This document shows, in pieces, positions 7,833 through 16,523 of a stretch of 26,188 nucleotides of DNA. Every line of letters starts with the position of its first letter. Position 1 is the stretch's first letter. The position numbers and the translations under genes were made by a program. The stretch spans positions 1 to 26,188 of IMG/VR virus record IMGVR_UViG_3300032116_001160; one strand, 5' to 3'. The notes beneath the pieces were generated by a model. The model was not told the origin of the DNA. It was given only the letters and a program-made list of their open reading frames with translations, and made no database searches. The DNA is from a virus (lineage: Duplodnaviria; Caudoviricetes).

Positions 7833-8516
7833 GTGAAAACAGGACATAAGGTTTCAATCGGCGCCTGCGACCCAGGCACCGTCAATGCGGCGTGGGCATA
7901 TCGGATGTTTCAACTCTGCCAAGACCGCCGCGACAGACTAGGGCCATTTGTCAGAATCAAAGGCTCTGGATTGCTTTCAAAGATGCGCAATCGTGTGGTG
8001 AAAGCATTTCTTGACAATACAGATTCTGATTGGCTTTTGTTGATTGATGTTGATGAACAACTCACCACAGAAGCATTTGATATTTTGATTCAAGCCGCTC
8101 ACGATAAAGAGCGACCAGTTGTATCAGGTTTAGTATTTGCAGCCTTTGATGCACACAAACATTTATATCCAAAGCCTGTGCCAGCAATCTTTCAAGATGC
8201 ACCTGAAGGATTCTTGCCGCTTTTCAAGTATGACCAGAATCGTTTGTTTGAAATTGACGCCTGTGGCACTGGATGTGTTTTGATTCATCGCAGCGTGTTA
8301 GAAAAGATGCGAGAGCAAGCAGACCCTAATCAAGGCCAAGATTGGTGCTGGTTCTGGGATGGTCCAATTGAAGGCAATTGGATTAGTGAAGATTTGCTGT
8401 TTTCCCGTCGTATAAGACAATTAGGCTTTCCAATCTATGTTCACACTGGAGCGGTATTGCCACATCAAAAGTCTTATTGGCTATCAGAGGAACATCACCT
8501 ATCGTGGAAAGAATAA
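7833..8516 (+). CDS. Glycosyltransferase, GT-A fold (GT2-like); start revised to GTG 7833
   Basis: RNRVVKAFL, WLLLIDVD (DxD), ACGTGCVLIHRSVLEKM, SEDLLFSRR, H-x-K; GGGGG SD before GTG; the longer ORF runs through the hairpin. Confidence 0.88.
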   Translation: MKTGHKVSIGACDPGTVNAAWAYRMFQLCQDRRDRLGPFVRIKGSGLLSKMRNRVVKAFLDNTDSDWLLLIDVDEQLTTEAFDILIQAAHDKERPVVSGLVFAAFDAHKHLYPKPVPAIFQDAPEGFLPLFKYDQNRLFEIDACGTGCVLIHRSVLEKMREQADPNQGQDWCWFWDGPIEGNWISEDLLFSRRIRQLGFPIYVHTGAVLPHQKSYWLSEEHHLSWKE

Positions 8517-8656
8517 AGTTTTGGCGGAAACAAACCGCAACTGCAACCCCCGATTTAGAACGGGCAGTTGCTCCAAAGGCAGAGAAGAGGAAAAAGCGTG
8601 GCACTAATCAACGCATACTGCACACTGTCAGACCTGAAAGAATCATTGAACATTGA
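8504..8656 (+). CDS. Small basic hypothetical protein
   Basis: Read by hand: (M)ERIKFWRKQTATATPDLERAVAPKAEKRKKRG...; GAGG upstream; fills the gap between the GT and the adaptor. Confidence 0.5.
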   Translation: MERIKFWRKQTATATPDLERAVAPKAEKRKKRGTNQRILHTVRPERIIEH

Positions 8657-9206
8657 AGATATTCAGGATGATACTGCGCTTGAAGCAGCAATTATGGCTT
8701 CAAGTCGGATGATTGACGACTACACGGGCAGATTCTTTTACAAAGATGGAACCGTTGCTTCACCAGTGACTCGCTACTACACCGCACAGGATTGGTGGAC
8801 AACCAATACTGATGACTTCATCAGCATCAGCGAGATTGCAACTGATGATAACTTTGACCAGTTATACACAACAGTGTGGGCAAGTTCAGACTATATGGTT
8901 GAGCCAATCAATAATCCACGTCGCGGATGGCCTTACACAAGATTGCTCGCAATCGGTGCCTATATCTTCCCATTCAATCTTCCTCAATCGGTACGCGTCA
9001 AAGCAGTATGGGGATGGTCCTCAGTTCCACACGAAATTCAAATGGCCTGCAAATTACAGGCTGCGCGTTTGTTTGTTCGTCGCCAGTCGCCATTTGGTGT
9101 GGCTGGAACTCCAGAACTAGGAACTGTCAGACTTGGCTCACGCCTAGACCCAGATGTTGAACTCCTATGCAGACCATTCCGTAAAGTTTCCTGGATGGCC
9201 AAATGA
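8598..9206 (+). CDS. Head-to-tail adaptor (gp6/gp15-like); start revised to GTG 8598
   Basis: YCTLSDLKESL, ASSRMIDDYTGRFF, VKAVWGWSSVPHEIQMAC, DPDVELL.PFR; position after capsid. Confidence 0.85.
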   Translation: MALINAYCTLSDLKESLNIEDIQDDTALEAAIMASSRMIDDYTGRFFYKDGTVASPVTRYYTAQDWWTTNTDDFISISEIATDDNFDQLYTTVWASSDYMVEPINNPRRGWPYTRLLAIGAYIFPFNLPQSVRVKAVWGWSSVPHEIQMACKLQAARLFVRRQSPFGVAGTPELGTVRLGSRLDPDVELLCRPFRKVSWMAK

Positions 9207-9610
9207 AGCCAAGTGAAGTACGAGAAGGCATCAAGAAGAATCTATCTTCAATCAAAGGTCTGCGCTCATACGACATTATGCCTGACTTGCCACAGCCACC
9301 TTGCGCTGTCATAGGTCAGTTAGATTTTACTTTTGATTTGAACAATAGCCGTGGTTTAGACCAGGCCAACTTGGATGTCTATGTTCTTGTGCAACGCTTC
9401 TCTGAAAGAACTGCGCAAGATAACTTAGACAAATATTTGACTGGCTCTGGTGATTATTCAATCAAAGCAGCAATTGAATCTGATTTAACACTTGGCGGTG
9501 CCTGCAACACCTTGCGTGTGACATCAGCAGAATCTGGAACATATCTTGCAGGAGATGTGGAATATCTGTCTTACCGCTACAGGCTAACCGTCTGGGGACA
9601 AGGAGAATAA
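9203..9610 (+). CDS. Tail terminator / neck protein
   Basis: Size and position; SIKAAIESDLTLGG motif typical of tail-completion proteins. Confidence 0.65.
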   Translation: MKPSEVREGIKKNLSSIKGLRSYDIMPDLPQPPCAVIGQLDFTFDLNNSRGLDQANLDVYVLVQRFSERTAQDNLDKYLTGSGDYSIKAAIESDLTLGGACNTLRVTSAESGTYLAGDVEYLSYRYRLTVWGQGE

Positions 9611-9783
9611 TGAGTTACACAGTAAATTCTGACCGCTTTGCTCTAAAGGCCAAAGGTGAGTCAGTATCCGATAAAGAACTGCTTGAAGCAGGATGCAACA
9701 TTCCAGCACTCATTGCTGGTGGCCATCTTGTGTCAGCACAAACACCGAAAGCAGCACCGACACAAGAAGGAGACACTAAATAA
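9610..9783 (+). CDS. Hypothetical protein (57 aa)
   Basis: Read by hand: MSYTVNSDRFALKAKGESVSDKELLEAGCNIPALIAGGHLV...; AGGAG SD; TAATG overlaps at both ends. Confidence 0.75.
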   Translation: MSYTVNSDRFALKAKGESVSDKELLEAGCNIPALIAGGHLVSAQTPKAAPTQEGDTK

Positions 9784-10196
9784 TGGCACGCATCGTTCTT
9801 ACTGATGCATCTATAGTTATCAACTCAGTTGACCTATCAGACCATATTGCCAGCGTGACAATCTCAACATCAGAAGATGTTATTGACACCAGCGCATTCA
9901 GTTCCACAATCGCAGCAGGCCGTACACGTGTATCTGGTCTTGCTGACAATTCCGTAGCCCTAGAGTTCCACCAGGATTTTGCAACATCCTCGGTTGAGCA
10001 AACAATTTATCCGCTTCTTGGTAGCACAACAACCGTTGTTGTAAAGCCAACAAGTGCAGCAGTATCTGCAACAAATCCTTCCTACACATTCACTGCTCTT
10101 GTTTCAGAATGGCAAGAGTTGTCAGGTTCTGTGGGAGAATTGGCCACTGCAAGTGTGACTTGGCCAATTTCAGGCGCTATCACAAAAGGAGTATAA
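9783..10196 (+). CDS. Major tail (tube) protein, copy 1
   Basis: DLSDHIASVT, RVSGL, EFHQDF, NPSYTFTALVSEW, GSVGELATASVTW; position before the chaperone and TMP. Confidence 0.85.
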   Translation: MARIVLTDASIVINSVDLSDHIASVTISTSEDVIDTSAFSSTIAAGRTRVSGLADNSVALEFHQDFATSSVEQTIYPLLGSTTTVVVKPTSAAVSATNPSYTFTALVSEWQELSGSVGELATASVTWPISGAITKGV

Positions 10197-10200
10197 GTAA

Positions 10201-10623
10201 ATGGCCCGTATTGTTTTAACTGATGCGTATGTGGTGTTGGCAAGCACTGACATCTCGCAATATGTCACATCCGTGACTCTTTCCTCAACACTCGATGTTG
10301 TGGAAACAACAGGTATGTCAAACACCAGCCGCACCCGTGTTGCTGGCCTTCGTGACAACCAAATCACTCTTGAGTTCAACCAGGACTTTGCTTCTGGCGC
10401 TCTTGAAACCTTGATTTATCCAAGCGATGCAGCAACAAAGATTGGTACAGCAGTTGCAATGACTGTAAAGCCAACCAGCGGTGCTACATCTGCAACCAAT
10501 CCTTCCTACTCATTCTCAGCGCTAATTTCAGAATGGCAATCAGTATCTGGAAGCGTTGGAGAACTCGCAACCGTATCGGTCACTTGGCCGATTTCTGGCG
10601 CAATTACAAAAGCAACATCCTGA
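10201..10623 (+). CDS. Major tail (tube) protein, copy 2 (paralogue)
   Basis: Colinear with copy 1: MARIVLTDA, EFNQDFA, ATNPSY.F.AL.SEWQ, SGSVGELAT.SVTWPISGAITK. Confidence 0.85.
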   Translation: MARIVLTDAYVVLASTDISQYVTSVTLSSTLDVVETTGMSNTSRTRVAGLRDNQITLEFNQDFASGALETLIYPSDAATKIGTAVAMTVKPTSGATSATNPSYSFSALISEWQSVSGSVGELATVSVTWPISGAITKATS

Positions 10624-10641
10624 TAATCTAAGGGGGAAACA

Positions 10642-10920
10642 ATGGATGGCTTAGCAATAAAAGTAAAAACAAGTGATGGTAATGAACAGGTGTACAAACT
10701 AACACCACGAATCATTGTCGCATTTGAGCAAAACTTTGGTAAAGGGCTTCCAAAACTTATAGGTGAAGAGCAAAAAATTGAACACATCTATTGGTTGGCT
10801 TGGAAAGCCCAGCAGGTCAATGGCGTCATTGTGAAGCCATTTGGTCCTGAATATTTGGATACAATTCTCAATGCAGAGTTGGACGCCGACCCAAATTCCG
10901 AATCCACCGCGAAAGCCTGA
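10642..10920 (+). CDS. Tail assembly chaperone (G-like)
   Basis: Position after the tail tube genes; in-frame slippery heptamer C CCA AAT at 10890-96. Confidence 0.8.
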   Translation: MDGLAIKVKTSDGNEQVYKLTPRIIVAFEQNFGKGLPKLIGEEQKIEHIYWLAWKAQQVNGVIVKPFGPEYLDTILNAELDADPNSESTAKA

Positions 10921-11048
10921 CCTATACGGTTGCAGCAATTGCGGTGGAGACAGGCATTTCTCCTGTTGCCTTGCTTGATGCCCCTGAAGGTATCTTGGAA
11001 GCAATAGGAATTTATTTGAAGGAGCGGGCAAAGAAAAATGGCAGATGA
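10890..11048 (+). CDS. -1 frameshift extension of the tail assembly chaperone (GT-like product 10642..11048)
   Basis: -1 frame open from CCCAAAT: ...RIHRESLTYTVAAIAVETGISPVALLDAPEGILEAIGIYLKERAKKNGR*; no ATG of its own. Confidence 0.75.
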   Translation, partial: PKFRIHRESLTYTVAAIAVETGISPVALLDAPEGILEAIGIYLKERAKKNGR

Positions 11049-11619
11049 AGTCATAGTTCTCACTGGCATCAAAGAGACAGTTGATGCTTTGAAAGAATTT
11101 GATAAATCCGCTGTTCGCCGATTCAATAAAGTTATCAATACGGAACTTGCTAATGCAGAACGAGATGCACACGGTATCGCACGTGGCATCGGTAACGGTA
11201 AAACAGATACTCCAATGAGCGGTTGGCGGCCATATAACGCTGCCAACCCTCAGAGAAGTTCCCGTGGCGGTGTTGGATGGCCTGCCTGGAATACTGGCGA
11301 AGTTATTGCTGGTATTCGTAAAAGTAAGGCACAAGGTAAAGTTCGCGCCGATTACACAACCAGCGCTGGTGCTTTGATAAACAAATCAGCCGCTGGAGCA
11401 ATTTTTGAAGTTGCTGGCCGTAACAATGGCAAGAATGCAACTGGCAGAAGGCAAGGCGACCAGTTTATGCGAACCTTATCTGCAAGATTCAAACCAGCAT
11501 CACGTTTGGTCTGGCGCGTTGTTGATAAAGACCGCGCTAAAATTGAAGCCAATGTGAAGCGGGCTTTAGATGAAGCAAAAGCAGAATTACAGAGACATTT
11601 GAATAGAGAGCGGGCTTAG
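11038..11619 (+). CDS. HK97 gp10-like tail-associated protein
   Basis: Basic 193-aa protein, IVLTGIKETVDAL N-terminus, AGAIFEVAG; AAGGAG SD; position in tail module. Confidence 0.55.
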   Translation: MADEVIVLTGIKETVDALKEFDKSAVRRFNKVINTELANAERDAHGIARGIGNGKTDTPMSGWRPYNAANPQRSSRGGVGWPAWNTGEVIAGIRKSKAQGKVRADYTTSAGALINKSAAGAIFEVAGRNNGKNATGRRQGDQFMRTLSARFKPASRLVWRVVDKDRAKIEANVKRALDEAKAELQRHLNRERA

Positions 11620-11621
11620 AG

Positions 11622-13250
11622 ATGGCAGTTGGCGCAGTAGTAGCGCGAATCATAACCCAATATTCTGATAAGGGTTCCAAAGCCGCTAAAAAAGATATTG
11701 CCAACCTTGGCAAGAGTTTTGATAACTTCAGCAAAAATGCAGTACGGGCCTTTGCTGCTGTTACAGCCGCTGTTGGTGTTTTCGCTGTAAAGATTGGCAA
11801 AGATGCAGTGCAGGCTGCAATGGCAGACCAGAAGAGCCAAGCGCTTCTTGCCAACAGCCTACGCAATACCACTGGTGCAACTAATGCTGCCATTGCATCT
11901 GTTGAAGGTTACATTTCAAAACTACAATTGCAAGTTGGCATTGCCGATGACGAATTGCGCCCTGCTCTTTCCAAACTCGCAGCAGTCACTGGCGATGTCG
12001 CTAGCGCCCAGCAATTATTGGGAACTGCATTAGATGTATCAGCATTTTCTGGTGCCGACCTAAACAGTGCGACAAATGCAATTACAAAAGCCTTACAAGG
12101 TAACTTCCGTGGTTTGCAAAATTTGGTTAAAGGCATTGACCTAACTACTATAAAATCAAAAGATTTAGTTAAAATCTTCAAAGAAGTTGAAGCAATAACA
12201 TCAGGTGCGGCTGCAACTAGAGCAGATACTTTAGAATTTAGATTGGCAATTCTTCGCATTCGTTATAGTGAAATCCTTGAAACTCTTGGTTATCAATTAC
12301 TTCCAGTCATAGAGCGATTTGCCAAAGTTATTGAAACAAAAGTTTTGCCACAGGTAGAAGCCTGGATTGCTGCAAATGGCGAGAAGTTGACAACAGCATT
12401 TAGCAATGCCAGCACAGCAGCAGTAAATCTAATTGCCATTGCCATTTCATTCTCTGATTGGATTTCAAACAACATAGGTCTTGTCAAAACCTTTGCAATT
12501 ATAGTTGGTGGATTGTTCGCTGTTGGTAAAGTTGCAGCATTTGCAACTGTAATTGGTAAATTAACTGCAGCCTTCACAGCCTTGCGAACATCAGCAGGTC
12601 TTGCTGCTGTTGCAACAGCATACGCCACAGGCGGCGCTTCTGTTGCATCGGCAACTGCCGCACTTGCCCTTATTGGTGGTGCTGCTGCTCTTACTGGTGG
12701 TTATATTGCTCTTAAAAATGCAGGCAATGAAGTTAGAGCAAAAAATGCTCAAGCCTTAGCAGGTAGTAGTTCTTCAGTTTCAGAACGTGGTCGAACAGCA
12801 GTTCGTGGTATGCGCACACGTGGAACTACAGGTGGTGGCAACCTTCTGGCTAACTCATTACTCAATGCACAGAATCAACTCAATAATGCCAAGAAAAAAG
12901 AACTTACAATTGAGCAAAAGATTGTCAATGCAATGCTTAAGAAGTATGGTTTAACTTTAATGACTGGAGAAATTGAAGCAAAAGCAACTGCTGCTGCTAT
13001 TAACGCTAATCTAAAGCGTCAAAAGGCAATTGCTAACGCTCCAACAGTCTCACTTGCCGCTCAAGGCGATGGTTCTGCAACTGGCAATGTCATATCAGGT
13101 TCAGGAAATCCAATAGTCAAAGTCAATGTCAACACTCCATACATCACTCAAGATGATGTTGTTGTAGAAATTGAAAGCGGTTTGAATAAGTTACAAAGAT
13201 ACCGTGGCGCAGGCGCTGGCGGCGGATTCTTTAGAACAAGGCCTGAATAA
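11622..13250 (+). CDS. Tape measure protein
   Basis: Ala-rich helical 542-aa protein, IADDELRPAL motif, hydrophobic central segments, precedes tail-tip genes. Confidence 0.88.
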   Translation: MAVGAVVARIITQYSDKGSKAAKKDIANLGKSFDNFSKNAVRAFAAVTAAVGVFAVKIGKDAVQAAMADQKSQALLANSLRNTTGATNAAIASVEGYISKLQLQVGIADDELRPALSKLAAVTGDVASAQQLLGTALDVSAFSGADLNSATNAITKALQGNFRGLQNLVKGIDLTTIKSKDLVKIFKEVEAITSGAAATRADTLEFRLAILRIRYSEILETLGYQLLPVIERFAKVIETKVLPQVEAWIAANGEKLTTAFSNASTAAVNLIAIAISFSDWISNNIGLVKTFAIIVGGLFAVGKVAAFATVIGKLTAAFTALRTSAGLAAVATAYATGGASVASATAALALIGGAAALTGGYIALKNAGNEVRAKNAQALAGSSSSVSERGRTAVRGMRTRGTTGGGNLLANSLLNAQNQLNNAKKKELTIEQKIVNAMLKKYGLTLMTGEIEAKATAAAINANLKRQKAIANAPTVSLAAQGDGSATGNVISGSGNPIVKVNVNTPYITQDDVVVEIESGLNKLQRYRGAGAGGGFFRTRPE

Positions 13251-14362
13251 TGGCAAACTATAATGGGGTAACAGCGCCGTCAATTGCTGTGCAGTTTTTT
13301 ATTAGTTCTACTTGGACATCTGTGACAGCAGGCGATGTCTTGGAAACAAGCATTCGTCGTGGTCGCAAACAATATGACATATTGGCACAGGCTGGCGCTG
13401 CTTCTGTAATTTTCAACAATTACTCTGGTGCCTACGACCCAGACAATTCATCAGGACCATATGCAGGATTGCTCAAAGCAGGACTTCAGATGCGCATTGT
13501 GGCAACCTGGTCATCAACTGGTTATACGATTTATCAAGGATTCTTAGAATCAAGTGTTGTCAATCAGGGTCATTATCCAACTGTCACAATGAACTTTGTT
13601 GATGGTCTTGGCTATATCGCCGATGCACAAGCACCAGTCTTGGCTTCGCTACAATTTGAAGAGACAGCCGCATCTCGCGTTACAAGAATGCTTGATTACG
13701 CTGGCTGGTCTGCTACTGCTCGCTCACTGACAGGTACTGTGACGATGCAAAAGACAGTGCAAGGAAAATCCTGTCTGCAGATGATTTATCAAGCAGTCAA
13801 CTCTATTGCTGGGCGCTTTTACATTTCTCGCTCTGGCGTTGCAACATTGGTGCCACTGTCAGATAAATTCTCACGACCAACTCAGTTGCTCTTTAGCGAC
13901 CAAGGCGATGCCTATTCTTTGGATTACCAAGGCCTTGTTGTTGACCCTGGAACATTTTATGTGGTCAATCAGGCTGTGGTGGACCGTGGCGCCAGTGCCA
14001 CGGTCACTTCCACATACACGATAAGCAGAGATGCTTATGGTCTTACATCAAAGCGTTTTGATGCGCCTATCTTGAGTGAAACTTCTGGTACCAATCTTGC
14101 GCTGTATGAATCACGCCAACAGGCAACACCTGTGACTTATGCAAAGCAGATTGATTTCAGCGCTTTGAATCTTGGAGTTCTCTATCCTGATTTCCTAGCC
14201 TGTGAAATTGGCGACCAGGTAAGTGTAAAGCGTGAAACAGTTGACAATCGCAACTTGCAATACAACCTTGTGATTGAAGGTATGAACCATAAAATTACAA
14301 ACGATGACTGGAGAGTTTCATTCCACACATCGCCCATCAATCCTTATTCAATAACAATCTAG
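13250..14362 (+). CDS. Tail tip/hub protein (minor tail protein)
   Basis: Follows TMP; SIRRGR, FNNYSGAYDP, GRFYISRSG, EIGDQVSV, IEGMNHKIT...W beta-rich motifs. Confidence 0.75.
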   Translation: MANYNGVTAPSIAVQFFISSTWTSVTAGDVLETSIRRGRKQYDILAQAGAASVIFNNYSGAYDPDNSSGPYAGLLKAGLQMRIVATWSSTGYTIYQGFLESSVVNQGHYPTVTMNFVDGLGYIADAQAPVLASLQFEETAASRVTRMLDYAGWSATARSLTGTVTMQKTVQGKSCLQMIYQAVNSIAGRFYISRSGVATLVPLSDKFSRPTQLLFSDQGDAYSLDYQGLVVDPGTFYVVNQAVVDRGASATVTSTYTISRDAYGLTSKRFDAPILSETSGTNLALYESRQQATPVTYAKQIDFSALNLGVLYPDFLACEIGDQVSVKRETVDNRNLQYNLVIEGMNHKITNDDWRVSFHTSPINPYSITI

Positions 14363-14372
14363 GGGTCAGATA

Positions 14373-16097
14373 ATGCCATTATGTCCACAGATTACTAACA
14401 CGCCAATCACGGTCACACAGACTGCTGATTTTACTGTTACATCTGTGATTCCTGTTGTCGCTGATACTACTGATGGCTTGGCTGCTAATTTTGATTCTAT
14501 TGAAACCGCTGTTAATGGAAAAAATAAAATATACCGTCAAACAACTGCCCCCACAGGTGATTTAACAATTGGCGATATTTGGTTTGATACTGATGATGGC
14601 AACAAACTCTATTACTGGACGGGAACTGCGTGGGTATCAGTTCAAGATAATGCCATTGCAACAGCCCAAGCAACTGCAGATAGTAAAATTAAGACCTTCT
14701 ATCAGGCATCAGCACCGACAGCATCTGAAGTTGGCGACATTTGGTTTGACACCGATGATGGATTCAAACAATATTTTTGGAATGGAACTGCTTGGACATC
14801 TGTTCAAGACACATCTATTGCAGCAGCACAATCAGCAGCAACCGCCGCCGCTGCCGCCGCCACTGCAGCCCAGACCACGGCTGATGGCAAGAATAAAGTA
14901 TTTCGCCAGACGTCAGCGCCTGCGGCATCGGCTGTTGGCGACCTTTGGTTTGATACTGATGATGACAACCGTATTTATCGCTGGAGCGGTTCTGCTTGGG
15001 TTGCTAATGACCTTGGCACAAATGCATTAGCAAATTTCAGTGCAAATAAAATTACCAGCGGAACTATTGATGCAAGCGTTGTTACGGTTTCAAATATCAA
15101 TGCTGGCAATATCTCAACTGGCACACTCAATGCTGACCGAATTGCATCTGCTTCTATCACTGGAACAAAAATTGCAGCGGCTACAATTGAAGCATCAAAT
15201 ATTGCAACTGGCACAATTACAGCAACTCAAATTGCAGCCAGCACTATCACTGGTGCAAAGATTGCTGCCGCAACAATCACTGCTGATAATATCGCCGCTA
15301 ATACTATTACTGCTTCACAAATTGCATCAGCAACAATTACTGCGACACAGATTGCTGCAGGAACGATTACCACAGACAAATTAAGCGCTGGAACTCTAAC
15401 AGGTTTTGTTGTTCAAACATCTTCTGGAACAACTGCAGTTACTCTTGATGGTGGAACAAACTCAATGTATTTCAAATACTTGGGTACCGTTTATGGTCAT
15501 ATTTTGCCAGCATCTTCAGGTGCTGTAATGATTCACTATGGCGCAACAGCAGACCCTGTTGGCAATTCTTATCCACAATTTTATGTTGGTGCGAGCGCAA
15601 TATCTCTTGCTCAAAGCACTACTCGTTATGCATTGATTGACAGCAGCGGTCTTGATGTTGGCGGAAGTATTGATGCAACTTTAGATGTAACTGCTGGACG
15701 TGACCTATTTACTCCAAACCATACAACGGTCACCGATGCCGCCAATGGCCGCGTTACTATCTCACTTGGCCGTGTTACTAGAAGCACTGCATCTAGTGAG
15801 CGTTATAAAGAAAATATCACGCCAGTTCGTAATATTGATGAATTAGACCCAAAGAAATTGTTGGATTTACCAGTTCGCGCATTTACTTACCGCGAAGATT
15901 ATCTCTCTGAATCTGATTCTCGCTTTGGTGCTTTGATTCCTGGATTTATCGCAGAAGAAGTTGATGCTGTATATCCTGTGGCTGCAGATTATGAAAACGG
16001 CGAAGTTGAATCGTGGAACGATAGAATGATTGTTCCTGGATTGCTGGCTTTGATTCAGGATTTATACAAAGAAGTTCAAATACTCAAGGGGGAATAA
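14373..16097 (+). CDS. Tail fibre/spike with C-terminal intramolecular chaperone (Peptidase S74-like)
   Basis: Three GDIWFDTDD repeats, decapeptide IAAxTITxxx repeats, C-terminal SSERYKENI...GFIAEEV...LLALIQDL coiled coil. Confidence 0.88.
   Translation: MPLCPQITNTPITVTQTADFTVTSVIPVVADTTDGLAANFDSIETAVNGKNKIYRQTTAPTGDLTIGDIWFDTDDGNKLYYWTGTAWVSVQDNAIATAQATADSKIKTFYQASAPTASEVGDIWFDTDDGFKQYFWNGTAWTSVQDTSIAAAQSAATAAAAAATAAQTTADGKNKVFRQTSAPAASAVGDLWFDTDDDNRIYRWSGSAWVANDLGTNALANFSANKITSGTIDASVVTVSNINAGNISTGTLNADRIASASITGTKIAAATIEASNIATGTITATQIAASTITGAKIAAATITADNIAANTITASQIASATITATQIAAGTITTDKLSAGTLTGFVVQTSSGTTAVTLDGGTNSMYFKYLGTVYGHILPASSGAVMIHYGATADPVGNSYPQFYVGASAISLAQSTTRYALIDSSGLDVGGSIDATLDVTAGRDLFTPNHTTVTDAANGRVTISLGRVTRSTASSERYKENITPVRNIDELDPKKLLDLPVRAFTYREDYLSESDSRFGALIPGFIAEEVDAVYPVAADYENGEVESWNDRMIVPGLLALIQDLYKEVQILKGE
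14517..15000 (+). repeat. Three tandem ~55-65 aa repeats (KxxxQxxAP...GD(I/L)WFDTDD...WxGxAW) in the tail fibre
   Basis: DNA cores ggcgatatttggtttgatactgatgat (14571), ggcgacatttggtttgacaccgatgat (14733), ggcgacctttggtttgatactgatgat (14937). Confidence 0.9.
15051..15390 (+). repeat. Decapeptide repeats (IAAxTITxxx) in the tail fibre shaft
   Basis: IASASITGTK IAAATIEASN IATGTITATQ IAASTITGAK IAAATITADN IAANTITASQ IASATITATQ IAAGTITTDK. Confidence 0.9.
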
Positions 16098-16250
16098 ATG
16101 AACGAAGAACTTGATGTCAATGAGATATTGGCAGCAATGAGAATACAGATTGGCGCAATGGCACAAGAGAATGCAATCTTGGCGGCAAGAATCAAGAAGT
16201 TAGAAAATGGACCTTGTAACGGAACTTGTTCCAATACGAAGAACGATTGA
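16098..16250 (+). CDS. Small coiled-coil hypothetical protein (50 aa)
   Basis: Read by hand: MNEELDVNEILAAMRIQIGAMAQENAILAARIKKLENG...; GGGGG SD; abuts the fibre stop codon. Confidence 0.7.
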   Translation: MNEELDVNEILAAMRIQIGAMAQENAILAARIKKLENGPCNGTCSNTKND

Positions 16251-16308
16251 TGACCATATAGACCTGTTTGATGATATTCAGGTCTTGCTGAAGGAGAAAA
16301 CCACGTGA
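16207..16308 (+). CDS. Small hypothetical protein (33 aa)
   Basis: Read by hand: MDLVTELVPIRRTIDDHIDLFDDIQVLLKEKTT*; GTGA overlap with the next gene. Confidence 0.45.
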   Translation: MDLVTELVPIRRTIDDHIDLFDDIQVLLKEKTT

Positions 16309-16523
16309 CACCACTTGATATGGCAACCCTTGCTGTTGCAGTCAGTACCCTTGTTGGCTCATTTGCCTATGGGGTCAAATGGCTAGTCCAACACTATTTG
16401 GCAGAACTCAAGCCTAATTCTGGCTCAAGTATCAAAGACCAAGTAAATCGTTTGGAAGCACGTGTAGATGAAATCTATGCAATTCTCATTGGGGGAACAC
16501 CATCAAAGCGCAAGAAGAAATGA
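16305..16523 (+). CDS. Membrane protein of the lysis cassette (holin-like/accessory)
   Basis: One N-terminal TM segment and ELKPNSGSSIKDQVNRLE motif seen in actinophage lysis-region proteins; adjacent to endolysin. Confidence 0.7.
   Translation: MTPLDMATLAVAVSTLVGSFAYGVKWLVQHYLAELKPNSGSSIKDQVNRLEARVDEIYAILIGGTPSKRKKK

Noticed and set aside
10190-10203. Frameshift or readthrough fusion of the two tail tube genes
   Set aside because: The second gene's frame has a TAA (10198-10200) immediately before its ATG, which blocks fusion
4679-12628. Long antisense and alternate-frame ORFs (e.g. 4818..5453, 6740..7234, 10699..11334, 12293..12628)
   Set aside because: They shadow well-supported structural genes and show no RBS or recognisable motifs; expected from codon bias
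14821-14872. GCC/GCA-rich low-complexity tract as a regulatory repeat
   Set aside because: Explained by the poly-Ala linker of the tail fibre
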